Assembly: GCF_006345805.1 (NCBI RefSeq)
Contig: NC_043011.1
Coordinates: forward strand, 8,184,001 to 8,248,000
DNA from: Octopus sinensis
Taxonomy: Eukaryota
Direction of reading: 5' to 3'
Length of the DNA: 64,000 nt
Shown here: positions 38,591-52,699 of the stretch, in pieces
Layout: every line of letters starts with the position of its first letter
How positions within the stretch are numbered: position 1 is the stretch's first letter
The notes under the pieces: model-generated
Database searches by the model: none
The model's input: only the letters and a program-made list of their open reading frames with translations
Told to the model about the DNA's origin: nothing
Position numbers and translations under genes: made by a program

Positions 38591-40233
38591 GCATTATGTA
38601 TTTATTTGTTTATTTTAAATTTATTTATTCAGCATATTTTTATTTAGTCCAGCCTAATTCTTTGTAGACGCATTGTCAGCCGACAAGAATGCGTAGTGTT
38701 TATATGGCGGCTGTCCAGTTGAGTATAACAGTTTGGCAAATGAATGTTTACATTGAAATACATATATTTATATTTTCATTGATTTTTTCCCCTCGCCCGT
38801 TTTGTGGTTTCCCGATCTGCGGCTTCCTGTTGATAAGAAGGTGACTTTTTGTTTTAATTTGGTCATGTAATTCAATCTGTCGGTTATTTTGTGGTTAGAT
38901 GTGACAAAAACGTACCCTAGATATTCTCTGAATGAATATATGTCGTTTTTCTTTTAAAAAGAACGCTATTATCCCAGAACACAGCATGCATCATATTTAA
39001 CTACTAATAAGGAGAATATATTAACCTTTCGCCTGATCTGCGTATCATATGTGATACACAAAACATATTTCCTTGGCAACCATGCATTACATAGATACAC
39101 ACTCCCAAATTTTTCTTCAGCCACTTCAGTAATTTGGAAACTGTGAAAAGAACGATTTATATTACACAAAGCATATGAAACAGAGGCTAAGTAAACATCT
39201 GCAAGCAAGCATGAAGGCTTAGAAAATGCTTTACAAAGGCAACAATTTAAGAAGTGGATAAACCCCAGTCTTAGTTTTATACTTTGCCTCTCCTGTGCCC
39301 CACCGGTGAAGCACAGGACATATTTCCTTGGTATCTATGTATTATATACGATATACATTCGCAATGTGTCTTAGGTCTTAAAGAAAAGCTTCATATAAGC
39401 TTCGAATAAGCTTGGACTTTTGAGACTAACTTATGAAAATGCTTTGGAAAGTCAAAAGGTTAGGTAAACCTGTGCTGAACAAGAAGAATGCCAATTTGTT
39501 GTTATTCGTTTATCTATGTGTTTGTTCTACGCACTGGTGAGACAACGGTCAAGTTTACTGACCTTTCCATGATTAGACGTGATTCGTCCATGTCTCTTAG
39601 GATGGGACATGAAGACGAAGATGTAATGATATGCATTCTTTCCAAAACAAAGTATTTTGTGACGTAAATGCTTCACAAACAGATAAATCAATGTCTTTGG
39701 TCTTTAATCATCCTCCTCCTCCTCCTCCTTCTCATCATCATCATCATCATCATCATCACCACTAAAACTAACAAGAAAATTAAACAGACGGATATGTTAG
39801 ATATATAGCAGAGGAATTAAATCTTTCACATCATCATCATCATCATCATCTTCATTATCATGGACATCAACATCATCGTCATTATCATCGTAACTGCTAT
39901 GGCGATTCTGCGTGGTCGATCGGCCTCTGAGAAATACTAGCCAGAAATTCCTTAAAATCCGTTTTGCCACCGTATAATAATGAACACTTCATTGGTTAAT
40001 AATGGTCATAGACAAGAGCACGAGACGCGATTGGCACGACTGGAACACCGCTGAGCAAAAACCTGGTATATCACGCGTGATCCGGAGTTTTATATTCATT
40101 ACAACTGCCACATACCTTCTTACATACATACAGGAGAGTGTGCGGGTGTGTATATATACGTGCGTGTATATACGTATATATACATTATATATATATATAT
40201 TATATATATATATATATAAGGGTCGATCGATAG

Positions 40234-40264
<31 letters not shown>

Positions 40265-40465
40265 GATATAGATATAGATATATCGAATGACCCATATTTT
40301 AGGCCACAGTATTGTCCAGTTTTTCCTGATGATCTTTGAGGCGCAGCACTCGATTAACCGGAAAGGATTTCTTGTTAAATAGAACCAAATACCATACAAG
40401 AAGTATTGAGTACATTTTGCCTTATTTGTCAACATAAAGGAACGTGTGAAAAAACACACACGCAC

Positions 40466-40578
<113 letters not shown>

Positions 40579-40647
40579 CCTATCTATATATCTATCTTTC
40601 TATATATGTATGTATGTATGTATGTAGCTAACTATCTATATATCTGC

Positions 40648-40703
<56 letters not shown>

Positions 40704-41476
40704 AATGGACTGATCATATATAGGTATGTGTGTATGAGTGTATATATATGTGCATATCATAATAGTGTGGGTGTGTTTAATGGTTTCTGCTTTTAAAAAG
40801 CTCAAAATATTGTGCCTTTAAAACCCATTTCTTCCTTCCTCCAACTCAATTTGTTCGCACAGCTTAATAAGATGCAATGCCCCATTCATTTTAAACATTA
40901 AAGCAGCACACACTTACCTAACCTCATTATCCTTTATACACATCAGTTCCTGAAAGTATCTGAAATTCTATGGGAAAAAGACCCCTTTTTCCCCCTGTTT
41001 TCTATACAGGTTTGTCCCTTCCCTTTTTCCCAAATTCCCACCATTTAATAATATGCAACAGTTCAAACAACTTCTTTTCTATTCTAACTTGATCTTTGAA
41101 AAATCTTGGCCAAACATTCTCACACGTTCACTCTCTGGACGAACGATAAACACACCAACCCATAAGAAATAAAACTATTTCTCCATGGTATTTATTTCTG
41201 TTTCCTGTCTGTACTATTCCCAGCAGTAGAGACCCTTAAACACTTCAGTCAAATATATGAACCGCACTTAATAATCCAGCCCCAATTTTTTTTTAAATGA
41301 CAGCCATAGTGTTGTGAGATCGTCTGCTTTCTTTAAGGAATATGAATTGTCAACCAGAAAAGAAAGCGGTTGAGGTGTGTGTATGTGTGTGCGCGGGGGT
41401 CTGGAATGACTCTGGTTCATAATTTAGTGTAGATTTTATTTATTTCTTTTTCTTTTTTCTTGTTTTCCTTTTTTGA

Positions 41477-41753
41477 GTGTTTCAGTCATTAGATTGGGGC
41501 CATGCTGGGGCAATATCTTGAAGGGTTTTAGTCGAACAAATCGATCGAAGGGCTTTTTCTTTTTCAAACCTGGTACTTATACTATCTGATAAGTTACAGG
41601 GACATAAACACACCAATACCGGTTGTCAAACAGTGATGGAAGATAAACACAGACGCAAAGAAACGTACATACACACACACTCATATATATATATATATAT
41701 GTATGTATGTATGATATATATGTATATGATGATATATATATATAAATATATGA

Positions 41754-41809
<56 letters not shown>

Positions 41810-41978
41810 GTGTGTGTGTGTATACGACGGGATTCTTTCAGTTTCTGTCTACCGAATCCACTCACAAGGCTTTGGTCGGCCTGAGGTTATTGTAGAAGAC
41901 ACTTGCCCAAGGTGCCACGCAGTGGAACTGAACCCGGAACCATGAGGTTGAGAAACAAGCGTCTTACCACACAGTCAT
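41477..41978 (-). mobile_element. SINE family A
   Basis: Family A sequence, head-to-head with 42025-42500. Confidence 0.88.
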
Positions 41979-42024
41979 GCATATTTATTTATTTATTTAT
42001 TTATTTATTTATTATATTTTCTTT

Positions 42025-42500
42025 GGAATGGCCGTGTTGTTAAGATGCTCTCGTTTCAAGCTTCTGGTTTCGGGTTCCGTCCCATTGCGTGACACCTTCG
42101 ATATGTGTATTCTTTTGCAGCCTGGGTCCGATCAATGCCTTGTGAGCAAATTTGGCAGACGGAAACTTTCTGGAAGCCTGCTGTGCGTGTGTGTGTGTGT
42201 GTATGTGTGTGTGTGTTTACAAATATATATGTGCTTGTGTATGTATATATGTGTGTGTAAATAAATAAGTATATATATATATTTGTGTGTGTGTGTCTTT
42301 GTGTTTGTCCTTCGACACCGCTTGGCAGCCGGTGTTGGTTTGTTTACGGCTTCGTATTAAGTGGTTTGGCAAATGAACCGATAGAAAGAATAAGTACCCA
42401 ACTGAAAGAAGCGAAAATAAATACTGGAGTCGACTAAACCATTCAAAAGCAGTGCTCCAGCATGGTCGCATTCCAATAACTGAAACTAGTAGTCGATACA
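42025..42500 (+). mobile_element. SINE family A, diverged
   Basis: Family A head, internal (TG)n and tail. Confidence 0.82.
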
Positions 42501-43281
42501 AGATTCATTTCAGAAGAGATAGGTGACGTCGGACACGCCTACCACATAGAGGTGTATCGAATGACGAGTGATCCACTAGTAGCTGCTCAATATGCTAGAA
42601 ATAGCAGCTAATTCTTCAAATGATTCAGTAGTCTCAGCAAAGAAAACCACGTTGGATAACATAGTCTTGGATATCCCTAAAAATACACGAGGCTTTCAGT
42701 CAAAGAGCAGCTGAGTTAAGTTCGACCAGGGGTTGAATAGCAACGAATAGGGGTTTATTGTTCTCACTTGTTTCAAAGAATTAATAAGTTTGAAAATGTA
42801 GGACAATTTCCCCATAAGGCTTTTTAAACAAGAGTTTATTGTTCTCGCTCCTTCAAATAATTAATAAATCTGAGAAAGAAAGGACAATCTACATAAATGT
42901 CGACTTCTCGACGGGAGACAGGGAGACATCGTTGTAAGTCTTTCAAACATAATTTTGTGGCGTTTAGGTTTAGTTTCAACTTCTCCACGTTTGTAATTTG
43001 GGAGGAAAATATGGATAAATTCTAGTTTATGAGACGAACAATTTTACAAAGCTTTTCACGGAATTTCATATAAAATGTTAATCTCGTTTTTAGATCTCTT
43101 TGAATCCTTCTCTGTTTGGAACCTGCTAGAACTTATTTTTATTGTTAATTGTAGGAAACGCTAATCTCTATATCACAACACATCAACACGCTTATTATTA
43201 TATTTTCTCGTGTACTTGTTTCAGTCATTGGACTTGCGACCATGCTGTGGCACCAGCAATTAGAAGTAGATATTAAAACTA

Positions 43282-43602
43282 ACTGGATCTCCGTCGCTTA
43301 CGAGGATGAGGGTTCCAGTTGATCTGATCAACGAAACGGCTTCCTCGTGAGATTAACGTGAAAATGTCTGAGCACCCCACAGACATGCGTACCCCTTCAC
43401 ATATTTCTCAGGGAGATTCAGCGTGATACAGAGGGTGACAAGGCTGGGCCCTTGAAATACTGGTACTACTCACTTTTGCCAGCTGAGTGGATTGGAGCAC
43501 AGTGAAATAAAGTGTCTTGCTCAAAGACACAACGCACCAGCGGGAATCGAACTCACAACCCTACGATCCCGAATGCCCTAACCACTAAGCCACGCGCCTT
43601 CA
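43282..43602 (-). mobile_element. SINE family C (tail type 1)
   Basis: GGCGCGTGGCTTAGTGGTTAGGG head, GAGTTCGATTCC B box, GAGCAAGACACTTTATTTCAC CORE-like centre. Confidence 0.88.
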
Positions 43603-43640
43603 TCTATTAAAACTAGGTAGTAAATCAAAACTACATATTA

Positions 43641-44212
43641 TAGGCGCAGGTATGGCTGTATGGTAAGAGGCTTGCTTCCCAGCCACGTGGTTCCGGGTTC
43701 AGTCTCACTGCGTGGAAGCTTGGGCAAGTGTCACCTAATATGGCCTCGGGGCTAACCCGTCGTAAATGTGTGTGTGCGTTCGCGCGCTCGCGTGTCTGAC
43801 TGTCTGACAACCGGTGTTGATGTATTTAGTCTCCGGAACTTAGCGGTTCGGCAAAAGAAGCTGATCGATTAAGAACCAGGTGCACTGAAAAGAAACAGAA
43901 AAGAAAAAGAAATAGAATTGGGAATAATTCTTTCAAATAGAATTCTTCGCGGCGGTGCTCCAGCATGACCGCAGTCAAATGACTGAAGCAAGTAAAACAA
44001 AAGAAAGATACGTATTCTATCTTTTACTTGTTGCGACCATTTGACTGCGGCCAATCTGGAGTAATTACTTGAGGGGTTTAATCGAAGAATTGGAGTTCAG
44101 CACGCCTTCCCTTTAAAACTTGACATGTGCTCCAGCGTTCTCTTTTACCGAACAGTTAATTTACGAGGACGTAAAAAAACCAAAACCGTTTGCCAAACGG
44201 TGGTGTTGGGCA
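43641..44212. mobile_element. Tail-to-tail pair of SINE family A copies (43641-44010 +, 44018-44212 -)
   Basis: Two family A tails facing each other. Confidence 0.85.
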
Positions 44213-45959
44213 CATACACGCGCGCGAGCTTACATACGTCTAGATATGCAGTTATATGCATCAGAATATATATATATAAAGCAAAACATACAAACGTGTA
44301 CATATACATACATATTTACTTACATACATACATACATGCATATGCGCATACATGCATACATACATATATATATACAAACAAAAATACCATGTTGTTGATG
44401 TTGAAATTCCAATGAAGGATCCTTGGATCTAGGTTAGAACCCAGCTCTTGGCAAGAAATAAAACTAAATAATGACATACATAATACATACATACATACAT
44501 ACATACATACATACATACATACATACATACGCAATGGACTTCTTTCAGTTTTCATACACCAAAATCCGCCCACATAGCCTTGGGTGGACCGGAACTATAC
44601 TAGCACATACGGGCCCGAGTTGACACACAGTAGCATTGAACCCGGAAACAACAGGTTGGGAAGCAAACCACTTACATCGCAGTCACCTCCTCACCAATTT
44701 ATTTCATTCTCTTTCATAAGAAAATGTCGCAACGTGTAAGAGTTCAACTAACTTTCGCAGACATTAACCTGTTAAGAAAAATTCGCTTTCGTTGAGAAAG
44801 AAGCCGGATAATCGCCGATTTTTGTCATCGTTGGAATAAAATCTGATAATCGAAGTTAGCAGGAACGTACTCTGTCTTGGACTGAGACATTATTTTTCCC
44901 TGTGAAATGATGACCTGTTGGTAGAAGAGATAGGGAGCTATGACGTAATAGCCATGTTGACGTATCTTAGACAATGCGGATTTTTATGCGGCGCCGTTGG
45001 CCCCGTGAAAAAGTATAGCATCAACAAAATAAAAAAAAAACAAACAAAAATCTGCATGTGCTCGCGCGTGTGTGTTTGTGCATATTTCTTTGTCATATAT
45101 ATATATATATCCGTACATACACAAATGTATATACATATATATAAATAAGTTCATAATAAATATATGTATATAAATAAATATACATAAATATATATATATA
45201 CACATAAATATATATAAATAATATATATGTACATACATATATATATATATATTTATGTATGTATATATTTATATATATATGTATTTATATATATATAATA
45301 TATATATATATATGTATGTATATATATATATTATTTATATATATTTATGTATTATATATATAATAACATATATATATATTATACATAAGTATATATAAAT
45401 ATATATAAATAATATATACACATATATATATATATATAAACATATATATATATATATATACATAAGTATTATAAATATATATAAATAATATTACATACAT
45501 ATATAAATATATATAAACATATATATATAAATATATACATACATAAATCTATATATATATATATACACACACACATATATATATATGTATATACAAACAT
45601 ACATACATGTGCGTGTGTGCGCGCATGCGCGTGTAAAAGATAAAGAAATAAACTGTAAAGATACAAGAATGCCATTCTAGTTTAGAAGTCGACAGAAACC
45701 ATATGATTCCATTTGACGACTTTCTACGCACGCACACTCACACACACACACACACAGACACACATACACACACACAACACACACACACACACACACACCT
45801 CTGCATTCTTCCTACTGCAATAATTCCGAAGTCGTATTTAGAAGGCATCAGTTTTTTTTTTCCCTCGATGCTAATTTAAAGTCTGTGAATCTGTGAGTAT
45901 ATTTTGATGAATATTAAAACGTGGTGTGACTGCGGAGTGTTAAAAGATACGTATATATC

Positions 45960-46340
45960 TTTATCTTTTATTTGTGACACTCATTAGACTACGGCCATGC
46001 TGTAGCACCGCCTTGACGGAATTTAATAGAACGAATGAACCAGTTCAAATTTTTTTAAACCTGATATTTATTCTGTTAGTTTCTTTTGGCAGAACCGCTA
46101 AGTTACGAGGAGGTAATCACAGTAACACCGGTTATCAAGCGATGGTGGAGGACACACAGACACACACATACACACGGAAATACATTTGAGTTTCTCTCAA
46201 TTTCCGTCTACCAAATCAACTCACAATGCTTTTGGTCGGTCGGGCCTATGACATAAAACGTTTGGCCAGGATGCCACGCAGTTGTAGGACTGAATTCGGA
46301 ACCATGTGCTCGGAAAGCAAACTTCTTACCACGCAGCAAC
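45960..46340 (-). mobile_element. SINE family A, diverged
   Basis: Family A motifs in reverse orientation. Confidence 0.82.
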
Positions 46341-46358
46341 GCATGCACACACACACAC

Positions 46359-46430
<72 letters not shown>

Positions 46431-46554
46431 TATAATGAATCCATAAACACACATAAAACATCCAAGGGTAGAAATTTTTTCCTCTGAAGATCTTATGCTC
46501 AGGTCATACAAATATAAATTCAATATTCACTTCATATGTAAATAATAAATAATA

Positions 46555-46805
46555 AATGCGTCCTTCTAAAGCCTAGCCAGGCCCATGGGCCCGGTTTCCC
46601 GGTTTCTATTGCGTATGTGTTTCCCAGCTGGACGGGACCCCAGTCCATCGCAGCGTTACTCATTTTTGCCAGCTGAGTGGACTGGAGCAACGTGAAATGA
46701 AGAGTTTTGCTCAAGAACACAACGTGTCGCCCAGTCCAGGAATCGAAACCACAATCTTACGATCATGATGCTGACACCCTAACCACTAAGCCACGCGCGT
46801 CCACC
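46555..46805 (-). mobile_element. SINE with family C head and centre and family D tail
   Basis: CORE-like centre followed by the TGAGTAACGCTGCGATGGAC..GAAACCGGGAAACCGGGCCCA tail seen in 11912-12020. Confidence 0.88.
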
Positions 46806-47025
46806 ACTTAATATTAACTGAGTGTTAACTGAAACAGCCGTAAGTGAAGATGATTAATTTGCTGTTAATAATAAACAATTATTAACTTCCCAATCTCCGT
46901 TTTCTTTTTCTTCATTTATACGAATATAAACTATATATATAGTTTACATTCGTATGTGACCTCGTGTGTACCGTTGGCGATTTTTTTCCTCCGTCTTCCC
47001 TTCTTTGGATCTTTCCTTTTTCTAT

Positions 47026-47060
47026 GTTTCTGACGAAGAGCTTCTCTCGAAACGTTAAAT
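47026..47060 (+). ncRNA. Minimal hammerhead motif in Penelope-like family P3
   Basis: GTTT-CTGACGA-A-GAG-CTTCT-CTC-GAA-ACGT-T-AAAT. Intact core and palindromic ACGT helix III, with one extra A before helix II. Confidence 0.55.
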
Positions 47061-47285
47061 CCTCCTTCTTTCTTTCCTTTCCTGAGCGTCCAATAAAACT
47101 ATACTGGGTATTGAACTGGGTATTGAACCAGTATGTCCTTGGATGAAACCATCCCTTCATGAAGTTAACACAGCTTATAAATGGCTTATAAACAGCTTCC
47201 ACGCTGAAATTGTTCTTGTTTCAGCACACAATCTCCGATCAGGTCACTTGGTATACATGTACATCTCCCTGACATATATATATAT

Positions 47286-47456
47286 GGCGCAGGAGTAGCT
47301 GTGTGGTAAGTAGCTTGCTAACCAACCACATGTTTCCGGGTTCAGTCCCACTGCGTGGCATCTTGGGAAAGTGTCTTCTGCTATAGCTCCGGGCCGACCA
47401 ATGCCTTGTGAGTGGATTTGGTAGACGGAAACTGAAAGAAGCCCGTCGTATATATG

Positions 47457-47512
<56 letters not shown>

Positions 47513-47739
47513 ATATATATATATATGTGTATGCGTGTGTGTTTGTGTTTGTCCCGCTAGCATTGCTTGACAACCGACGCTGGTGTGTTTACGTCCCCGT
47601 TACTTAGCGGTTCGGCAAAAGAGACCGATAGAATAAGTACTGGGCTTACAAAGAATAAGTCCTGGGGTCGATTTGCTCGACTAAAGGCGGGCTCCAGCAT
47701 GGCCGCAGTCAAATGACTGAAACAAGTAAAAGAGTAAAA
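47286..47739 (+). mobile_element. SINE family A, full length, low divergence
   Basis: GGCGCAGGAGTAGCTGTGTGGTAAG head, internal (TA)n, tail GAAACAAGTAAAAGAGTAAAA. Confidence 0.93.
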
Positions 47740-47764
47740 CAGAGAGAAAGAGTATATGTATATA

Positions 47765-48146
47765 TCTCTCTCTATATAAACGGCAGTTTGTCTGTGCGTT
47801 TTTGTGTGTCTGTTTTCTCGTACCCTCACCCTGACCACGGCTTTCAACCGATTCTGATGAAACTTGACACACACATAGCCCAATGTCATAATTCAAAAAA
47901 ACTCGCAGCGAAAATTTTGAAAAGTTCCCCCAGTTCTGAAAAAAATCGATAAATTCGACATGGGGTCGAGAATCAGAAACCCAAACCACAGACCGTCTAG
48001 GGGACGCAACTCCACCTTTTTTAACTCTCAAAAAAATTTACCATCATTTTTTTTCCATTTTTTTTCTATTTTTGGCTATAACTCTCTAAAAATGCTTTAT
48101 AGTTATTTCCCTTACAAACCTGAGCAACGCCGGGCGATACTGCTAG
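47765..48146 (+). mobile_element. Non-autonomous Helitron
   Basis: A|TC start, 3' hairpin and CTAG end. Inverted near-copy at 60133-60503. Confidence 0.9.
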
Positions 48147-48439
48147 TCTTTATATATAAAAGTGAAGTTGTGTGTCTGTCTCCTACGATTTAGATTCCTA
48201 ACTACTCCCACATTTTGCGGTGCAATTTAACCAAAAGCGGGTATCTTATAGTCGTGATTCATATCGAGCCCTTCTGGTATTAGCACGCATCTACAATGAG
48301 TCTACGATTTAAAAAAAATTACCATCATTTTTTCCCATTTTTATGCATTTTTTGCTATTATATAGAGAAAGTAACTCTCTAATATGCTTATATAGTTATT
48401 TCCCTTACAAACCCGAGCAATGCCGGGCGATACTGCTAG
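48147..48439 (+). mobile_element. Non-autonomous Helitron with a different body, directly tandem to the previous one
   Basis: Starts TC immediately after the previous CTAG and ends CCCG-AGCAATGC-CGGG..CTAG|T. Confidence 0.88.
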
Positions 48440-48483
<44 letters not shown>

Positions 48484-48829
48484 TATATACACGTACATAA
48501 CTACACAGGCACACACACACACAAACGCACATTGCTTGCTTATAATCTCTGTCAACTATAATATTATACTGATAACATTAAAACGAAAGATGCGTCTGCT
48601 GTATTTACCTTTGGAGGAACTGATGTCATCAGACGTAATTAATCGATCATCCGATATTTGGTACTTGAACCACAACACCCTCACTTTGCTGGCTCTGCAG
48701 TTGAGGCCTTATCGCTGCACGCCATTTCCTCCTGGCTTCCAGCTTCACTTCTTTCTCTTCATCCATAACTGGCAACAGGTATGTACACGGATGATCTATA
48801 TAATTGATAATCATTCATATATATACTAT

Positions 48830-49140
48830 GAAGGTGCATGGGTGAATGGTTACAGAGTAGGACTCACAATCGAGAAACAGTTAGTGATTTCGGTTGCCGA
48901 ACTTAAGCAAGACATTTTATTTCACGTTGCTCCAGTTCACTCAGCTGTAGAAATGAGTTGCGACATCACTGGTGTTAAGTTGTATCGGTCCCTTTGCCTT
49001 TTCCTTGGATAACATCGATGGCGTGGAGAGGAGAGGCCGGTATACATGGGCGACTGCCGGTCTTCCATAAACAATCTTGCCCGGACTTGTGCCTCGGAGT
49101 GTTACTTTCTTGGTGCAGTTCCACGGCCATTCACTCCTTA
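48830..49140 (+). mobile_element. SINE family C head and centre with a third tail type
   Basis: AGCAAGACATTTTATTTCACGTTGCTCCAG..CTCAGCTGTAGAAATGAGT followed by an unrelated tail. Confidence 0.75.
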
Positions 49141-49189
49141 GCCGTACATACCAACCATCTTTATATTTGTCCATCCCTGATATATACCG

Positions 49190-50395
49190 ATTTCTTTACT
49201 ACACACAAGGGGCTAAACACAGAGGGGACAAACAAGGACAAACGGATTAAGTCGATTAGATCGACCCCAGTGCGTAAATGGTACTTATTTAATCGACCTC
49301 GAAAGGATGAAAGGCAAAGTCGGCCTCGGCGGAATTTGAACTCAGAGCGTAGCGGCAGACGAAATACCGCAAAGCGTTTCTCCCGGCGTGCTAACGTTTC
49401 TGCCAGCTCGGATATACACCGACTGTTTGTATAATTGCTTGTCTGTCATGTATAACAAATGTTTATGTAATTACTTGTCAGTCTTATCGATTGTCTATTT
49501 TATTGCTAATCTCTAAAATATCGACTGTCTATGTAATTGGTAATTAGTTAGATGTCTGTCGTGTTTATTGTTAATTTATCTAGCAAACCAAGGCAGTGAC
49601 CAGGCAGAATCGTTAGCACGCCTGGCAAAATGCTTAGCGGCATTTCGTCCGTCTTTACCTTGTGAATTCAAATTCCGCAAGGGTTGGCTTTGCCTTTCAT
49701 CCCTTTAGGGTCGATAGAATAAGTACCAGTTGAGTACTGGGGGTCGATGTAATCGAGTTAAAGCACTCCCATGCAATTGCTGAATTTGTATCAGAACGTG
49801 AAACCAAAATATATCTTTTCTACTCAAGGCGCAAGGCCCGAAATTTTTGGTGAGGGTACCAGTCGATTGGATCGACTCCAGTATGAAACTGGTACTTAAT
49901 TTATCGACCCTGAATGGGTGAAAGGCAAAGTCGAGCTCGGCCGAATTTGAACTTAGAATGTAGCGGCAGACGAAATACCTATTTCTTTACTACCCACAAG
50001 GGGCTAAACACAGAGGGAACAAACAAGGACGGACAAACGGATTAAGTCGATTACACCGACCCCAGTGCGTAACTGGTACTTATTTAATCGACCCCGAAAG
50101 AATGAAAGGCAAAGTCGACCTCGGCGGAATTTGAACTCAGAACGAAGCGGCAGACGCAATACTGCTAAGCATTTCGCCCGGCATGCTAACGATTCAGCCA
50201 GCTCGCAGCCTTTGAAACCAATATATCTAGCAAATCTGAGGGCGTCTTATCTTTCGGGTATTTGTGCTCTGAGTTCGAATTCTTCCGAGGTTGAATTTGC
50301 CTTTCGGGATCGATAAAATAAGTATTAGTTGGATACTGGGATCGATGTAAATGACTTACCCCCTCCCCTCAAAATTGGTGTCCTCGTTTCAAAAT
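49190..50395. mobile_element. Cluster of SINE family B copies (49190-49410 -, 49590-49808 +, 49815-50212 -, 50250-50395 +)
   Basis: Family B core in alternating orientations. Confidence 0.87.
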
Positions 50396-50548
50396 AGCCG
50401 ATTGGACCACCTACCTCGTTGCTTTTTTTATTGTCCACTCATATATTATCCACCTGGCTATTTTCTTGATAGTTTTATCCATCCATCCGTCCGTCCGTCT
50501 ATCCATCCATCCATCCATCCGTCCGTCCGTCCGTCCGTTCGTCCGTCC

Positions 50549-50580
<32 letters not shown>

Positions 50581-50661
50581 GACTGACTTTCTATCTATTT
50601 ATCTACCTATCTATCTATCTATCCATCTATCTATCTATCTATCCATCTATCTATCTATCTA

Positions 50662-50692
<31 letters not shown>

Positions 50693-50707
50693 GCCTACCT
50701 GTCTGTG

Positions 50708-50765
<58 letters not shown>

Positions 50766-51693
50766 ACTATCTATCTATCTCTCTATCTCTCTATCTATCT
50801 ATTTTATTGTCTGTCAGTCTCTCTCTCTCTCTCTTTTGTCCGTCTTCCCCAGTGCTTCTCTATTGTTCTGTGGTTCACACTGCAGAAATACCAGCCATCT
50901 ACTACGGACAACAGGGCTATATATTTAATCGTCTGCTATCTTCCTCAAAATTTGAAACATACTTCCTCCGTAAACAAAAGCCAAAAAAAAATATGCTGCG
51001 ATTTAACAGAATCATTGGAGCTCTTCGCGTTCTCAGCTCAAATCTCACAGAGGTCAACTTTGCTTTTCAACCTCTTTTTTCCGGGGTCAATAAATAATAA
51101 AAAAAAACAACAACTACCTATCCATTAAGGCCTCCTTCATCGAACAAATCCTCTTCCCGCGTAGTCGTGACCTTGCGCTTATATTAGGATTTTTCTTTTA
51201 TTTAATTTTTACTTTTGTTTTTACTTATTTCTATTTCTTATTCTTTTATGTCATTTTGATTCCAGAACTAAAAATATATCTTTCCGTCTCCCTCTTTCCC
51301 TCTGTCTCTCTATCCCCCTCTCACTCCTCTCTCTCCCCTCTCTCCGTCTCTCTCACCCCCCTCTCTCATTATATTCTATTTGTATTCTTTTGTTGCCAAT
51401 TTGATGTTTCTTTTTTAAACATTTTGCGTTTTTGTCTTCTTTCTTTTCAGTTTTTTTCTTTCATTTTCTATCGCTGTTTTTCTTTCTCTGTATTTTCCCC
51501 TCCTTTTCTTTCCTTTTCTCTCCGCCTTTCCTTTTCCTCTCTTTTTAATTCTTTCTTTCTCTCTTTCTTTCACTTGTTTTGTCTTTTATATCTTTCGTGT
51601 TCTAATGACCTCATTTTCTGTCTTTTTTTTCTTTGACTATCTTTCTCTTTTCTCTTCTCCTTTTTTTCTTTCTTCCTTTCCTTTCAGTCTGTC

Positions 51694-51781
<88 letters not shown>

Positions 51782-51862
51782 ATACATCAAGTCAGTTAGC
51801 TAGTTATACCCATATATATATATATATATATAATATAGATAGATAGATAGATACATTATAGG

Positions 51863-51923
<61 letters not shown>

Positions 51924-52048
51924 ATATGGGAGAGAGAGAGAGAAGTATAACTAGTAAGCAGACCCGATGGCTAAATGGAAGGACTGAACGAATAAAAAAA
52001 ATTATTATATATATATATATATATATATATATTAATATATATATATAT

Positions 52049-52118
<70 letters not shown>

Positions 52119-52158
52119 TCGTGTGGTGTGTGTGCACATAGCTAGACAGTATAGATAG

Positions 52159-52202
<44 letters not shown>

Positions 52203-52443
52203 GCAAACATACAGAATACACACACTCACTCACGGACTTAAATCTATCTCTCACTCTCGCCTTCACCTTCTCATTCTTTCTGTCTCTTTCTCTCTCACTC
52301 TCTTTTATGTTTTCCCGTTTTTCTCTCTCTCTCTCTCTTGCAACCATTTCACTCATATAACTTTCTATGCTTCCTCTGTCTTTTTCAACTACATCCCACC
52401 CACCCACGCACACACAGATACACGTAATCTGCTTGTGTGTGTT

Positions 52444-52479
<36 letters not shown>

Positions 52480-52699
52480 TAATAGTAATAATGATGATGA
52501 TGATGATGATAATAATAATCCTTTTCAACACGTGACCATATATTATAGAGAGAGGGGAGGCAAACATGTAGGTGTTTAAATACACTCTAGTGTTTGGTTG
52601 GTACCGTTTGGTGCCAACCAGGGAGCAGTTACGTACAATGCCGTCTTACCTGTCATAAATAGAAGCCAAATCTCTCTCAAATCCTCCCTAAAAGAACGC

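Noticed and set aside
40320-40370. CTGATGA..GAG/CTC..GGAAAG hammerhead-like string
   Set aside because: GAAA and the UH site cannot be placed consistently with the helices.
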